A stretch of DNA of 32,000 bases from Pyrolobus fumarii 1A (GCF_000223395.1 NC_015931.1:1260001-1292000), one strand, 5' to 3'. Counted from the first letter of the stretch, positions 1 through 7,876 are shown. Notes: a model not told the origin generated them from the letters alone. Program-made: numbers and translations.

Positions 1-1003
1 CCCCACCCATACCTACACCCTCTTTCACATAGCCCTCCTCGTAGGCGCGTAGACCCTTGTACGGCGCGTCATGGAAGGAGATGTCGACCGCTATGAGGGG
101 GGTGTCCGGTGCTATCTCGGCGATGAGCCCGGGGAGGTCTGAGGAGGGGTCATCAATTAGCCATCTTGTGGTGGCCACGGCTACTCTACTCGTGTCTATG
201 CCGAGCCTCGATAGTATCGCTAGCACGGATGCCATCTGTGTACCCCCGGCTAGTATCACTGTGGCTCCCTTCTCGACCGCGCCCGCCACGAAGCCTGCAA
301 CAGAGACGTGGAGCGGGTCACCAACCTCCTCGATCACTTTGAATGGATTGTCGCCACGTCTCAACCCGCTCCTCTCGAGTGCAGCTCTCAGTACCTGCTG
401 CTTGAGGTTATGCGGGTTGCCTGGCATCGAGCTACTGACCCTACCGGCAGCGTTAAACCCGAGACCCTCCATGATGCACATGGCTGTTGTCGTGCCCGCG
501 GGTATAGTCTCGCCAACCACTAGGGTGGTGGCGTTCCCCGCCTTCCCCACGAGCATGTGAGCAAGAAGCTTGGCCTCCTCGTAGAGCTTTGATGCTGTGC
601 CTGGTGGCAGGGCTGGCTCCACGTCTATCCGTCCACCTACACGCCTTGAAGGCAGCTTGACATGCGGTATCAACGGCTCGCGGTAGACGCCAGCATCGAC
701 AACGACTATTCTTGCGTCGTTGACCAGCTGGAGCGATGCTCTGGTTACAACAGCAGGTGTAGGGATGCCCTCCGGCGTCACCGGGATAACGTCCATAGTC
801 AACGGCCTACCCGTGACGAGATACTCGATATCAAGCGTTGGCGTGTATAGCGTCGCTTCGGGTGTAGGCCCGGCAGCAGTAATCCCCGGTATTGTCGAGG
901 TCTTGCTCGACGCCGCGAACACTACAAAGAACATTGTAGGGGCGTTCCTCAACGCATCTAGAGCCCTGCTGGCGTCGCCGCGCACAACTCGATATCCCTG
1001 CAT
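1..1003 (-). CDS. cobT: Archaeal-type CobT (UPF0284-like) nicotinate-nucleotide--dimethylbenzimidazole phosphoribosyltransferase; the C-terminal end runs off the window
   Basis: Absent from the ORF track because it is truncated by the window edge. My hand translation of the minus strand is open from 1003 down to 1. It reads MQGYRVVRGD..MFFVVFAASSKTSTIPGITAAGPTPEATLYTPTLDIEYL..VILAGGTQMASVLAIL..AYEEGYVKEGVGMGG. The SKTS.IPGI.AAG and AGGTQM motifs are what I associate with the archaeal CobT family. It lies directly downstream of cbiB. The start at ATG 1003-1001 is preferred; ATG 934-932 is the alternative. Confidence 0.7.
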   Translation of the reverse strand, partial: MQGYRVVRGDASRALDALRNAPTMFFVVFAASSKTSTIPGITAAGPTPEATLYTPTLDIEYLVTGRPLTMDVIPVTPEGIPTPAVVTRASLQLVNDARIVVVDAGVYREPLIPHVKLPSRRVGGRIDVEPALPPGTASKLYEEAKLLAHMLVGKAGNATTLVVGETIPAGTTTAMCIMEGLGFNAAGRVSSSMPGNPHNLKQQVLRAALERSGLRRGDNPFKVIEEVGDPLHVSVAGFVAGAVEKGATVILAGGTQMASVLAILSRLGIDTSRVAVATTRWLIDDPSSDLPGLIAEIAPDTPLIAVDISFHDAPYKGLRAYEEGYVKEGVGMGG

Positions 1004-1038
1004 GGCGGAGCCCCAGTTGGGCAGGGAGCCCAGCCAGA

Positions 1039-1998
1039 TCAGAATAAGAGTAGAGCCGCCGCGCCAACAGTGTAGAGCAGCGCCGCTACCCTAGCCAGCT
1101 TTAGGCCTCTAGGTAAATCGCCAGGCTCCGGATCGACACCCTCAGGGTTTATCACATAGTGGCCCGGCTTCTCTAACCATACGCCAAGTGCACCGGCTAA
1201 AGCCGCCATAGGGTGGCCGGCGTTCGGGCTCTCAGTGGCACTTGCCCACCTGCGCCATACCCGCCAGGCTCTCCCTGCATCAAAGCCTGGCAGAGCTAGA
1301 GCCGCCGCTATCATAGTCAGTGCCGTCAGCCTAGCCGGTAGGTAGTTGATCAAGTCGTCCATTCTCGCCGAGAACCACCCGGCTTCGATGTACTCTGGCG
1401 TCTTGTAACCCAACGCGGAGTCCATTGTATTGACGAGCCGCTGGAAGAGGGAACCTATCGGCCCGAACAGCACATAGTAGGTTATGGGAGAGGTGTACCC
1501 GTCAACGAGGCTCTCGGCGAGCGACTCGAGAGCCGCGGAAACCACATGCTTCTCGTCAAGCTTTGCCACATCACGCCTCACGATCCACTGGGTATAGCGC
1601 CTGGCGCACACCCAGTCGCCACTGTACATACACTTGCGTATCTTCTCGACGACGTCGAAGAGCGGGTAGAGAGGACACGATACCTTAACGATATACGCGG
1701 CTATAGCCAGCCACACGAGAGGCGATACCATCCACGCAACATACAACGCAAACGAGTATATGGCTAGGTGGCCCGCCACAACGACAAACCACGCTATCAC
1801 ACCACGCGCTCTGCTTGAGCCCGGTGGCGCAAGCCTAAGCGCCAGGACATATGTCGTCCTCACAGGGTGTATAGCAAGGAGCAGACCGCTATGCCACGGA
1901 TACAACCGATCCAGCAACAATCCCAGGGCAAGCGAGGCGAGGAGAAGACGCGCATCGGGACAAAGCCAGTGCACACCTGCTAGGCTGCATAGTTGCAA
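1039..1998 (-). CDS. cbiB: Adenosylcobinamide-phosphate synthase CbiB/CobD (membrane protein)
   Basis: 319-aa multi-TM ORF. It carries HPVRT near the N-terminus and the CbiB-type motif SPNAGHPMAALAGALGVWLEKPGHY. It is adjacent to cobT. Confidence 0.85.
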   Translation of the reverse strand: MQLCSLAGVHWLCPDARLLLASLALGLLLDRLYPWHSGLLLAIHPVRTTYVLALRLAPPGSSRARGVIAWFVVVAGHLAIYSFALYVAWMVSPLVWLAIAAYIVKVSCPLYPLFDVVEKIRKCMYSGDWVCARRYTQWIVRRDVAKLDEKHVVSAALESLAESLVDGYTSPITYYVLFGPIGSLFQRLVNTMDSALGYKTPEYIEAGWFSARMDDLINYLPARLTALTMIAAALALPGFDAGRAWRVWRRWASATESPNAGHPMAALAGALGVWLEKPGHYVINPEGVDPEPGDLPRGLKLARVAALLYTVGAAALLLF

Positions 1999-2103
1999 GC
2001 CGGGACACCGTCACCACAACCCCTATTGTGATGATTGAGGCTCCATACGGAGGAGACACGCGTGACACGTGCACTTGACGCGCGTTATGGGGTTGAGTCC
2101 GTG

Positions 2104-2191
2104 TGGTGCGGGGGGTGGGATTTGAACCCACGCCGGCCTACGCCAGCGGGTCTTAAGCCCGCCCCCTTGGACCTGGCTCGGGCACCCCCGC
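2104..2191 (-). tRNA. tRNA-Leu, anticodon UAA, class II (long variable arm), CCA encoded
   Basis: The reverse complement reads GCGGGGG-TG-CCC..GGG-G-GCGGG-CTTAAGA-CCCGC-TGGCGTAGGCCGGC-GTGGG-TTCAAAT-CCCAC-CCCCCGC-A-CCA. This gives a 7-bp acceptor stem, a TPsiC loop, a long variable arm, and anticodon loop C-T-[TAA]-G-A. No intron is present. Confidence 0.9.
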
Positions 2192-2242
2192 TCCGAGCTA
2201 TCCCCTAATACTAGGACCGGTGTTTTACCTTCACGGTTCGTT

Positions 2243-2304
2243 GGGTGATGTGGACGCCAGACGCTGACGGGCACCCGGATGAGGAGTTGTGGGCTGGGCT
2301 GATG
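2243..2304 (+). ncRNA. Candidate C/D-box sRNA (sR1), divergent from tRNA-Leu
   Basis: Box order: C box GTGATGT 2245-2251, exactly 12 nt, D' CTGA 2264-2267, 11-nt linker, C' ATGAGGA 2279-2285, 13 nt, D CTGA 2299-2302. Total length is about 60 nt. An AT-rich CTAATACTAG lies about 30 nt upstream. The terminal stem is weak. Confidence 0.4.
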
Positions 2305-2471
2305 CTCCTCTCGCCCGGCGTCTAGCTTGCCGTTTGTATTATCAGCATCTCGTGTCCCTATTTGCGTGGGGGTTCCGAGTATCACCCGGACCCCTTGACA
2401 TCCCGCCGTTCTCACCGTGGGTAAGTCATATTGCAGTGCTCGTGCGCCACACTATCCCGGTGAATAGCGGG

Positions 2472-2978
2472 ATGCCCAGGTACGAGCTTGTTGCCAGGAG
2501 GCGTGCCAGAGGACTTGATGTGGTACTCCTGCGTGACGGCGCCGCTGTCATCCACATGAGCGGCAGGGGCGCCGAGAAGATCTTCAGGCTACTAGCCGAG
2601 GAGCTTGAGAAGCTAGGCGCTGCGAAGCCACTCTCCAAGACTGAGGTCGAGGAGAGCTACGAGATTGACGAGAAGTTTGGTGGCACTGTTGCCGCCTACC
2701 TGCTGCTCGTGAGGCGTAGCAGGAACCCGGACAAGTGGATACCAACCCTACGTGGCATCATTGAGGGCAAGTACCCAGGCCTACCAGAGGCGCTAGAGAA
2801 GATGATGGAGGCCGGTATCGAGGCTAGCAAGAAGTACCCCAAGGAGGCCAAGAGGATACACACCCTACTACACCCGAAGGTCGCCGATGCTCTAACCAGC
2901 GGCGTCAAGCGCTTCGTCGAGAAGTACGTGAAGGGCCTAGGCGGCGCTGTCCCAGAGGAGAAGGAGGAGCAGAGCTAA
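2472..2978 (+). CDS. Hypothetical protein (168 aa, K/E-rich), no family recognised
   Basis: The ORF 2289..2978 is trimmed to the first ATG (2472, MPRYELVARR..). The upstream extension is W/R/P-rich and overlaps the sR1 candidate. Downstream composition looks like coding sequence. A T5 run follows at 3025-3029. Confidence 0.55.
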   Translation: MPRYELVARRRARGLDVVLLRDGAAVIHMSGRGAEKIFRLLAEELEKLGAAKPLSKTEVEESYEIDEKFGGTVAAYLLLVRRSRNPDKWIPTLRGIIEGKYPGLPEALEKMMEAGIEASKKYPKEAKRIHTLLHPKVADALTSGVKRFVEKYVKGLGGAVPEEKEEQS

Positions 2979-3024
2979 AGATACACGTTTACCTCACCCA
3001 GGTAGAGACTCGCATCTCGAGCTA

Positions 3025-3029
3025 TTTTT
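3025..3029 (+). terminator. Oligo-T tract, a possible archaeal terminator for the 2472..2978 gene
   Basis: TTTTT lies 47 nt after the stop codon. It is followed by a perfect 10-bp inverted repeat (AGATCCGACC 3047-3056 / GGTCGGATCT 3115-3124). Confidence 0.3.
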
Positions 3030-3126
3030 CCCCACACCCCCGCACCAGATCCGACCTCCTCTCTCACGTATTCAACGCGACTTACCACAGTCCTACCCTC
3101 GACCTCGTCGCGCTGGTCGGATCTAT

Positions 3127-3186
3127 GGGCTCGGTGGGGCTAGGGGTGTCCTCACACTTCGGCCCCAATCGCCCTCCTCACCGCCC
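3127..3186 (-). ncRNA. Candidate C/D-box sRNA (sR2) with variant boxes
   Basis: The minus strand reads GGGC-G-GUGAGGA-N12-CCGA-AGU-GUGAGGA-N14-CCGA-GCCC. On the plus strand these are TCCTCAC at 3175-3181 and 3149-3155, and TCGG at 3159-3162 and 3131-3134. A 4-bp GC terminal stem (3183-3186 / 3127-3130) leaves a 3-nt bulge before the tandem G.A pairs, which is k-turn geometry. A TATA-like CCTATACGG (3211-3219) lies about 30 nt upstream. Confidence 0.4.
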
Positions 3187-3255
3187 GTTAAGTGGGAGCC
3201 GAGCTGCCATCCTATACGGGGTTGTGGGGACACCTCGCCCCATGCTGAAACGAGG

Positions 3256-3330
3256 GCGGTGATGACTACCCCCTACGTCCGACGCTCCGCCACGACTCCT
3301 GGGTGATGAGTAGCTCGCCGCGCCGACAGT
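3256..3330 (+). ncRNA. Weaker C/D-box sRNA candidate (sR3)
   Basis: GTGATGA 3259-3265, N13, CCGA 3279-3282, 20-nt linker, GTGATGA 3303-3309, N13, CCGA 3323-3326. The C boxes are perfect. The spacing is 13 nt rather than 12, the linker is long, and there is no adjacent terminal stem. Confidence 0.2.
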
Positions 3331-3383
3331 CTAATGGGGATGGGACTTACGGCTGACATTATGACGCTAGTCGTGTTCTAACC

Positions 3384-3443
3384 GTGGCTGTGAGGAGGGC
3401 CTTAACCACTGAGAGTGTGATGAGGACGCTCTTGCCGAGCCGT
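3384..3443 (+). ncRNA. Candidate C/D-box sRNA (sR4)
   Basis: GUGGC-U-GUGAGGA(3390-3396)-N12-CUGA(3409-3412)-GAGU-GUGAUGA(3417-3423)-N11-CCGA(3435-3438)-GCCGU. The 5-bp terminal stem (3384-3388 / 3439-3443, two G.U pairs) leaves a 3-nt bulge. The terminal pair is G5 with C2, and the internal pair is U5 with U2. ACATTATGAC lies about 25 nt upstream. Confidence 0.45.
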
Positions 3444-3459
3444 TCTTGGACGCGGCGTA

Positions 3460-4494
3460 TTGCGCTTTAACCTTCTATTCTACGCTCTTGGAGTAACGGT
3501 GCGGCTCGTGCATATAGGGCTTGGCGAGTTTGAGCGTCGTGCATTGATGCTGCTTCAGTACGAGTTTCCACTCGACTCTCTCGACCCCTTCGAGCATGTA
3601 GCGGTGAAGCTCGGGGTTGATACCGATCATCTTCTCTCGGCGTTGCAGAGGCTCGCTGAGCAAGGTATCCTGAAGCGTGTGGGGTTCTATGTCAACCCGC
3701 GGAGTAGGAGGAAGAGTGTAGCTCTCGTAGCTTTCCGTGGTGGCAATGTGGATAAGGCTGCTTCTCTTTGTGCTAGCGACGATGAGGTGACTCACTGTTA
3801 TGAGAGGGATGGCGGCGAGTGGAGAGTGTGGGTTGTGCGTAGGGCTCGTAGTATCGACGAACTTCTATCCTGGGCGGCGAGCTTCGCGCGCAACATTGGG
3901 GCCGATGGCTTCGAGGTGCTCGTTGCTAGGAGGGTGCATAGGCTTAGCGTGAAGTACGACTTGTATCGTGGTGTTAGTAGAGCTGGCCCCTATACACGTG
4001 TTGTCCTCAACCCGCCTTCGCCGGAGGAGCTTGGCTTGCCCTCCGAGCTTCCAGCACTGGTTAGGAGTTTACCCCTCTCTAGGAGGCCCTACGCGAGTAT
4101 CGCCGAGAGGCTCGGGTTGAGAGAGGAGGATGTGCTGCAGGGTGTGAAGCTGTTACTCGAGAGGGGTGTGCTTGGCGACCCGGGCGCAGTCCTAGACGGT
4201 CACCGTATCGGCTTCAGGTACAACGCTATGGTGGTGGCTTGGCCTCGTACTAGCACCGAGAGGCTATGCGAAGAGATCGTTGACAACATACCCGAGGCTA
4301 CTCATATCGTTGAGAGGCTGCCCTACCCGAGCGACACGAAAGCATACTGGGCGCCCACGTGCTACGCGATGGTGCACGGCGTCTCGCGTGACGTTATCGA
4401 GCCTGTGATAAGACGTGTAGAGCAGCTGGATAGTGTTGACCGTGTGGAGGTTCTCTACTCTGTTCGTGACTTGAAACCAGGGGCCGAGAGGTGA
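3460..4494 (+). CDS. ahbAB: Siroheme decarboxylase, fused AhbA/AhbB (NirD/L/G/H-like, two Lrp/AsnC-type modules)
   Basis: It contains two tandem modules. Each has an N-terminal wHTH-like segment (LLQYEFPLDS..PFEHVAVKLGV.. and LVRSLPLSRRPYASIAERLGL..). Each also has a C-terminal THCYER..W / THIVER..CYAMVHG-type motif typical of siroheme decarboxylase subunits. The real start is probably GTG 3499 or 3508 (see the promoter at 3464). Confidence 0.8.
   Translation: MRFNLLFYALGVTVRLVHIGLGEFERRALMLLQYEFPLDSLDPFEHVAVKLGVDTDHLLSALQRLAEQGILKRVGFYVNPRSRRKSVALVAFRGGNVDKAASLCASDDEVTHCYERDGGEWRVWVVRRARSIDELLSWAASFARNIGADGFEVLVARRVHRLSVKYDLYRGVSRAGPYTRVVLNPPSPEELGLPSELPALVRSLPLSRRPYASIAERLGLREEDVLQGVKLLLERGVLGDPGAVLDGHRIGFRYNAMVVAWPRTSTERLCEEIVDNIPEATHIVERLPYPSDTKAYWAPTCYAMVHGVSRDVIEPVIRRVEQLDSVDRVEVLYSVRDLKPGAER
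3464..3472 (+). promoter_or_regulatory. TATA/BRE-like GCTTTAACC upstream of ahbA/B
   Basis: The same 9-mer occurs at 7986-7994 upstream of the Nre gene, and related GTTTAACC/GTTTAACG elements lie upstream of purE, hemA and the V4R-like gene. It sits inside the 5' end of the maximal ORF. This argues that the true start is GTG 3499 or 3508. Confidence 0.4.
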
Positions 4495-4575
4495 GAGGCG
4501 ACAAACGACGCCAAGCGGCAGCCTATGCGGGTATCGTGGGATGGGCTACACCCGGTTCACAGCGGGACTAACATT

Positions 4576-4588
4576 AACAATTATGTGG
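4576..4588 (+). promoter_or_regulatory. TATA-like AACAATTATGTGG upstream of the radical-SAM gene
   Basis: This is the only AT-rich element in an otherwise GC-rich spacer. TTATGTGG recurs upstream of hemB (29166-29173) and, on the minus strand, upstream of the thiolase gene (10519-10528). A GGAGGGG SD-like tract lies at 4614-4620. Confidence 0.4.
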
Positions 4589-4632
4589 GTGTATGTCGAT
4601 TATCCCGGCGGACGGAGGGGAGTTGAGCTAGC

Positions 4633-5847
4633 TTGATACCCGTCACCGTCATGGTAACCGGGCGTGGCACGGTCTCCACGAGGCTCAAGGGGCATTACGG
4701 TCGTGGGAGGCCTAGTAGGTTCACGGATGTTCTTCGCCCCGTAGTCTTCTGGAATATAACCTACCAGTGCAACTTGAAATGCGCTCATTGCTATATACGC
4801 GCGTTGGCCGAGAAGAGTCCAGACGAGCTCTCAACCTCTGAGGCTGTCCGGGTTGCGAAGGAGATAGCGGAGATTGGTTCACCCCTCGTCATATTCTCGG
4901 GTGGCGAGCCCCTACTGAGACGCGACCTTTTCGAGATAGCATCGGTGTTTAGGGGTACGAGGACGAGGCCTGCGCTGAGCACTAACGGGACTCTCATAGA
5001 CGAGGTTGTAGCAAATGAGTTGAAGAAAGCCGGGTTCGTGTACGTGGGCGTGAGTATCGACAGCATCAACCCCGTGTGGCACGATGAGTTCAGGGGTGTT
5101 AAGGGTGCGTTCGAAGCAGCGATACGGGGTGTGAGAGCTTCCGTCGAGGCTGGCATCCCTACGGGTCTACGCACAACCATAACCAGGGAGAACGCGAAGG
5201 AAGTCCCACGCGTCCTCGAGCTTGCCGAGGAGCTAGGCGCCGAGAGGCTATCATACTACATACTCGATACTGTTGGGAGAGGTGTCGGTCTACGCGAATA
5301 CCTCCCGACACCAGAGCAACTCAAATGGGTTGCGGATCGCCTGGTGGAAGAGGCGAAGAAGCACGAGAACGTGGAGATAGAGATAGTTAGGGCTAACTTT
5401 GTGGGCATCTACCTAGCTGACAAGCTGGCTTCAACCAAAGAAGAGTTCATGGAGTACCTCGCGATGCTTCAGGGTCAGGGTGACTGTGGCAGGAAGACCG
5501 TGAGTATCTACCCGAATGGCGAGGTTAGGCCATGCCAGTTTATCGATTGGGTGTCACTAGGCAACGTGAAGGAGCAAGATCTTAGGCATATATTGAGGCC
5601 CGACAACCCAAACCTGCAGCCATACCTCGAGATACACAAGAGGCTTAGAGGCGAGAAGTGCGGCAAGTGCCCATTCCGCTATGTCTGCGGCGGGGGCTCG
5701 AGAAGCCGGGCGAGAATAGTGACCGGCGACGAGTGGGGCGACGACCCTGCATGCTTCATAGACCCGATCGAGATAGCGAGAAAGTGGGGTCTCGACCCAA
5801 GCAAGCCCATACTCCCAGAGGATCTAGCGCCCTACATGAAGAGCTAG
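4633..5847 (+). CDS. Radical SAM/SPASM-domain enzyme, NirJ-like (AhbC or AhbD of the alternative heme pathway)
   Basis: It has the CxxxCxxC cluster motif (YQCNLKCAHCY) and a GGEPLL-type motif (FSGGEPLLRRD). The C-terminal Cys-rich segment (CGKCPFRYVCGGGSRSRA) is typical of SPASM/twitch domains. It lies between ahbA/B and hemA. TTG 4633 and ATG 4651 are both possible starts. Confidence 0.75.
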   Translation: MIPVTVMVTGRGTVSTRLKGHYGRGRPSRFTDVLRPVVFWNITYQCNLKCAHCYIRALAEKSPDELSTSEAVRVAKEIAEIGSPLVIFSGGEPLLRRDLFEIASVFRGTRTRPALSTNGTLIDEVVANELKKAGFVYVGVSIDSINPVWHDEFRGVKGAFEAAIRGVRASVEAGIPTGLRTTITRENAKEVPRVLELAEELGAERLSYYILDTVGRGVGLREYLPTPEQLKWVADRLVEEAKKHENVEIEIVRANFVGIYLADKLASTKEEFMEYLAMLQGQGDCGRKTVSIYPNGEVRPCQFIDWVSLGNVKEQDLRHILRPDNPNLQPYLEIHKRLRGEKCGKCPFRYVCGGGSRSRARIVTGDEWGDDPACFIDPIEIARKWGLDPSKPILPEDLAPYMKS

Positions 5848-7103
5848 TCTATCTTCGCGACAACCTTTGCATACTCCTTCTCGAAGACAGTGCGCACCTC
5901 TTCCAACATCCTTATTCTTCCGGCCTCGGCAGCCTCCTGCAACGCTATGATAAGCGGCCTTAGCGACTTCCTTACACTACTCCACGCCAGGTCACGGAGT
6001 ACGTCCTCCACCGCCCCAACGTCTATACCGCGGCCGCGAAGCACCGAGACCGCTCTCCTAACCTCATTGTCAACCATCGCCTTTGCAAATTTCATCATAG
6101 TCTCTATGGCTTCATCGGCTATCCTCTTCTTAACGGCTCTCATCAACTTGTTTAGCTCCTCCTCAATTATCTTCTCCGCTTTGGGCACCTCGCTACGCCT
6201 AACCTCGGCCATTCTCCTCGCGACCTCAACAACCTCGTTGAAACCGTGATACTCGACCCATTCCGGTAGGGATTCGAAAACAGGAACGTTGGAGATGTCT
6301 ATCACAACCAAGCCCCTACGTGCACTCCGCGAAACACTAGCCGGTATCACAGGACGGTCTACAGTGATCGCTGCAAATACGACATCGCTCTCCGTCATGA
6401 GTCTTTCGAGCAAGCCCCATTCTACCGGCTCGGCTATCTCGCCAAGGCTCTTAGCGAGACTACGTGCCCGCTCAAAGCTACGATTAGCTATGAGTATCTT
6501 TGCCGCACCCTTCTTGGCCGCAAGCGACGCTATGATCGAGCCAGCTTCGCCAGCCCCAATCACGCCAACTATCTTGTCTTTGAGCGTCCCCAGCTTCTCC
6601 TCGGCGAGGATGACCGCCGCACCGGGTATACCTATGCTACCCTTGCCTATCCCGGTCTCGCTACGCACCCTCTTCCCGGTCTTGATCGCATAGCGGAACA
6701 CAAGATCGAGAAGCTTACCGGTATACGCCCTCTTCAACGCATACTCGAAGGCACGCTTAACCTGCCCTAGTATCTCCGGTTCACCTAGAACCATAGACTC
6801 GAGGCCCGATGCAACACGGAACAGGTGCCGCGCCGCCTCGACCCCGCGGAGAACGCGTGGCTTCTCCACACCGACATGTAGACGTATGAAGCGCAAAACC
6901 TCCTCTATGCACATGCTGCACCCGTTACCGCGTACCATGTACACCTCGAAACGGTTACAGGTTGGGAGGACTACGAGCTCATCGACATGCGGGTATAGTA
7001 GCTCATATACGTCGTCCACACGTCCCTCTAGTACCGCAAGCTTCGCTGTATCCACCATTTTCCAATCGACACCAACCATATAGAGACTATCGAGAGTCTT
7101 CAA
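5844..7103 (-). CDS. hemA: Glutamyl-tRNA reductase
   Basis: It carries the catalytic motif VLPTCNRFEVY, an NAD(P)-binding GVIGAGEAG motif, and a long C-terminal helical dimerisation region. The start may be ATG 7079 (MVGVDWK..) rather than TTG 7103. Confidence 0.9.
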   Translation of the reverse strand: MKTLDSLYMVGVDWKMVDTAKLAVLEGRVDDVYELLYPHVDELVVLPTCNRFEVYMVRGNGCSMCIEEVLRFIRLHVGVEKPRVLRGVEAARHLFRVASGLESMVLGEPEILGQVKRAFEYALKRAYTGKLLDLVFRYAIKTGKRVRSETGIGKGSIGIPGAAVILAEEKLGTLKDKIVGVIGAGEAGSIIASLAAKKGAAKILIANRSFERARSLAKSLGEIAEPVEWGLLERLMTESDVVFAAITVDRPVIPASVSRSARRGLVVIDISNVPVFESLPEWVEYHGFNEVVEVARRMAEVRRSEVPKAEKIIEEELNKLMRAVKKRIADEAIETMMKFAKAMVDNEVRRAVSVLRGRGIDVGAVEDVLRDLAWSSVRKSLRPLIIALQEAAEAGRIRMLEEVRTVFEKEYAKVVAKID

Positions 7104-7150
7104 GTACTATCGCCTCGGAATGCTTCCAGACCATGAGTAAAGCTAAAACT

Positions 7151-7165
7151 GGTTAAACAAATAAA
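7151..7165. promoter_or_regulatory. AT-rich divergent promoter region between hemA and sirC
   Basis: GGTTAAACAAATAAA. The minus strand reads GTTTAACC, matching the recurrent TATA-like motif, and faces hemA. The plus strand reads AAATAAA about 40 nt before GTG 7205 of sirC. Confidence 0.4.
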
Positions 7166-7876
7166 TTGTTTCCCTACTATGGTGGCAAATCATGGAGTTT
7201 TGCCGTGAGGCTGCCCCTGTGGATAGAGGCTAAGGCGCTCAATGTAGTCGTGTTCGGCGGGGGTAAGGTTGGCACACGCAGGGCACTCAAGTTCCTCGAT
7301 GCCGGTGCACGTGTAACTGTGGTCTCATTAGAGTTTAGCGACGAGTTGTTGAAGGCCGCCTCGGCTAGTGATAGACTCTGCCTCATAAAGGGAGACGCAC
7401 GCACAATAGACTTGGATAGTATCTTGAAAGATGCGCACATAGTCGTGATAGCGGTCCCCGATGAGGAGGCTAGAAGGATCATATGGGAGGCTGCAAAGAG
7501 GAATAATGCGCTTGTTAACGATGCTACCGATGCTGAAGCTACTGAGGTTGTCGTGCCGTATGAGGCTAGTGTGAACAGCATAAGAGTAGCAGTTACGACT
7601 GAGGGTAAGAGTGGCGTGACTGCTAGACATGCACTCCAAAAGATAGTAAAGCTGCTTGAAAACGACCGAGAGCTTGCAACTATGCTCGAGGCTCTCTGGT
7701 GGGCAAAGAGGTATATGAAGAGTGTTATACCCGATGGTAGAGCGAGGTTCCCGATATACTTCGAGATAGAGAGGGACCCCAGGTTTATGGAGGCTGTGCG
7801 GAGGGGTGACGTCGAGGAAGCAAAGCGTGTCGCAAAGGAGATTATAGACGCGCATGCAGCCGGGCGTAAACCGTAG
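7166..7876 (+). CDS. sirC: Precorrin-2 dehydrogenase (SirC/Met8p-type, siroheme synthase N-terminal-domain family)
   Basis: It has a Rossmann motif VVVFGGGKVGTRRALKFLDAGARVTVVS and the right size, and it is divergent from hemA. The likely true start is GTG 7205 (VRLPLWIEAK..). Confidence 0.8.
   Translation: MFPYYGGKSWSFAVRLPLWIEAKALNVVVFGGGKVGTRRALKFLDAGARVTVVSLEFSDELLKAASASDRLCLIKGDARTIDLDSILKDAHIVVIAVPDEEARRIIWEAAKRNNALVNDATDAEATEVVVPYEASVNSIRVAVTTEGKSGVTARHALQKIVKLLENDRELATMLEALWWAKRYMKSVIPDGRARFPIYFEIERDPRFMEAVRRGDVEEAKRVAKEIIDAHAAGRKP

Noticed and set aside
57-1094. Plus-strand ORFs 57..560, 308..523, 662..850 and 720..1094, and minus-strand ORF 831..1067
   Set aside because: All overlap the minus-strand CobT reading frame, which has clear family motifs. 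Their products are S/T/A/P/R-rich with no motifs. They are typical shadow ORFs of GC-rich DNA.
2028-2034. A perfect GTGATGA heptamer between the cbiB start and tRNA-Leu as another C/D sRNA
   Set aside because: No CTGA/CCGA lies at 11-14 nt, and there is no second box pair in the right order. A single heptamer is within chance expectation for the window.
2023-2471. ORF 2023..2415 (minus) and the N-terminal 61 codons of ORF 2289..2978
   Set aside because: The first runs straight through the tRNA-Leu gene. The second overlaps the C/D sRNA candidate and is W/R/P-rich before the first ATG at 2472.
2979-3459. RNase P RNA or SRP (7S) RNA in the ORF-free spacer
   Set aside because: ACAG..GGGACUUACGG (3326-3352) and AGUCC (3090-3094) loosely resemble the P4 strands, but the universal GGAAAGUCC element is absent. 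No GGAA-tetraloop/AGCA helix-8 motif of SRP RNA is present on either strand. The C/D sRNA cluster explains the region better.
1999-3459. An integrated mobile element at tRNA-Leu
   Set aside because: There is no integrase or transposase, no direct repeat of the tRNA 3' half that I could find, and the flanking genes are ordinary (cbiB, a small conserved-looking ORF, sRNAs).
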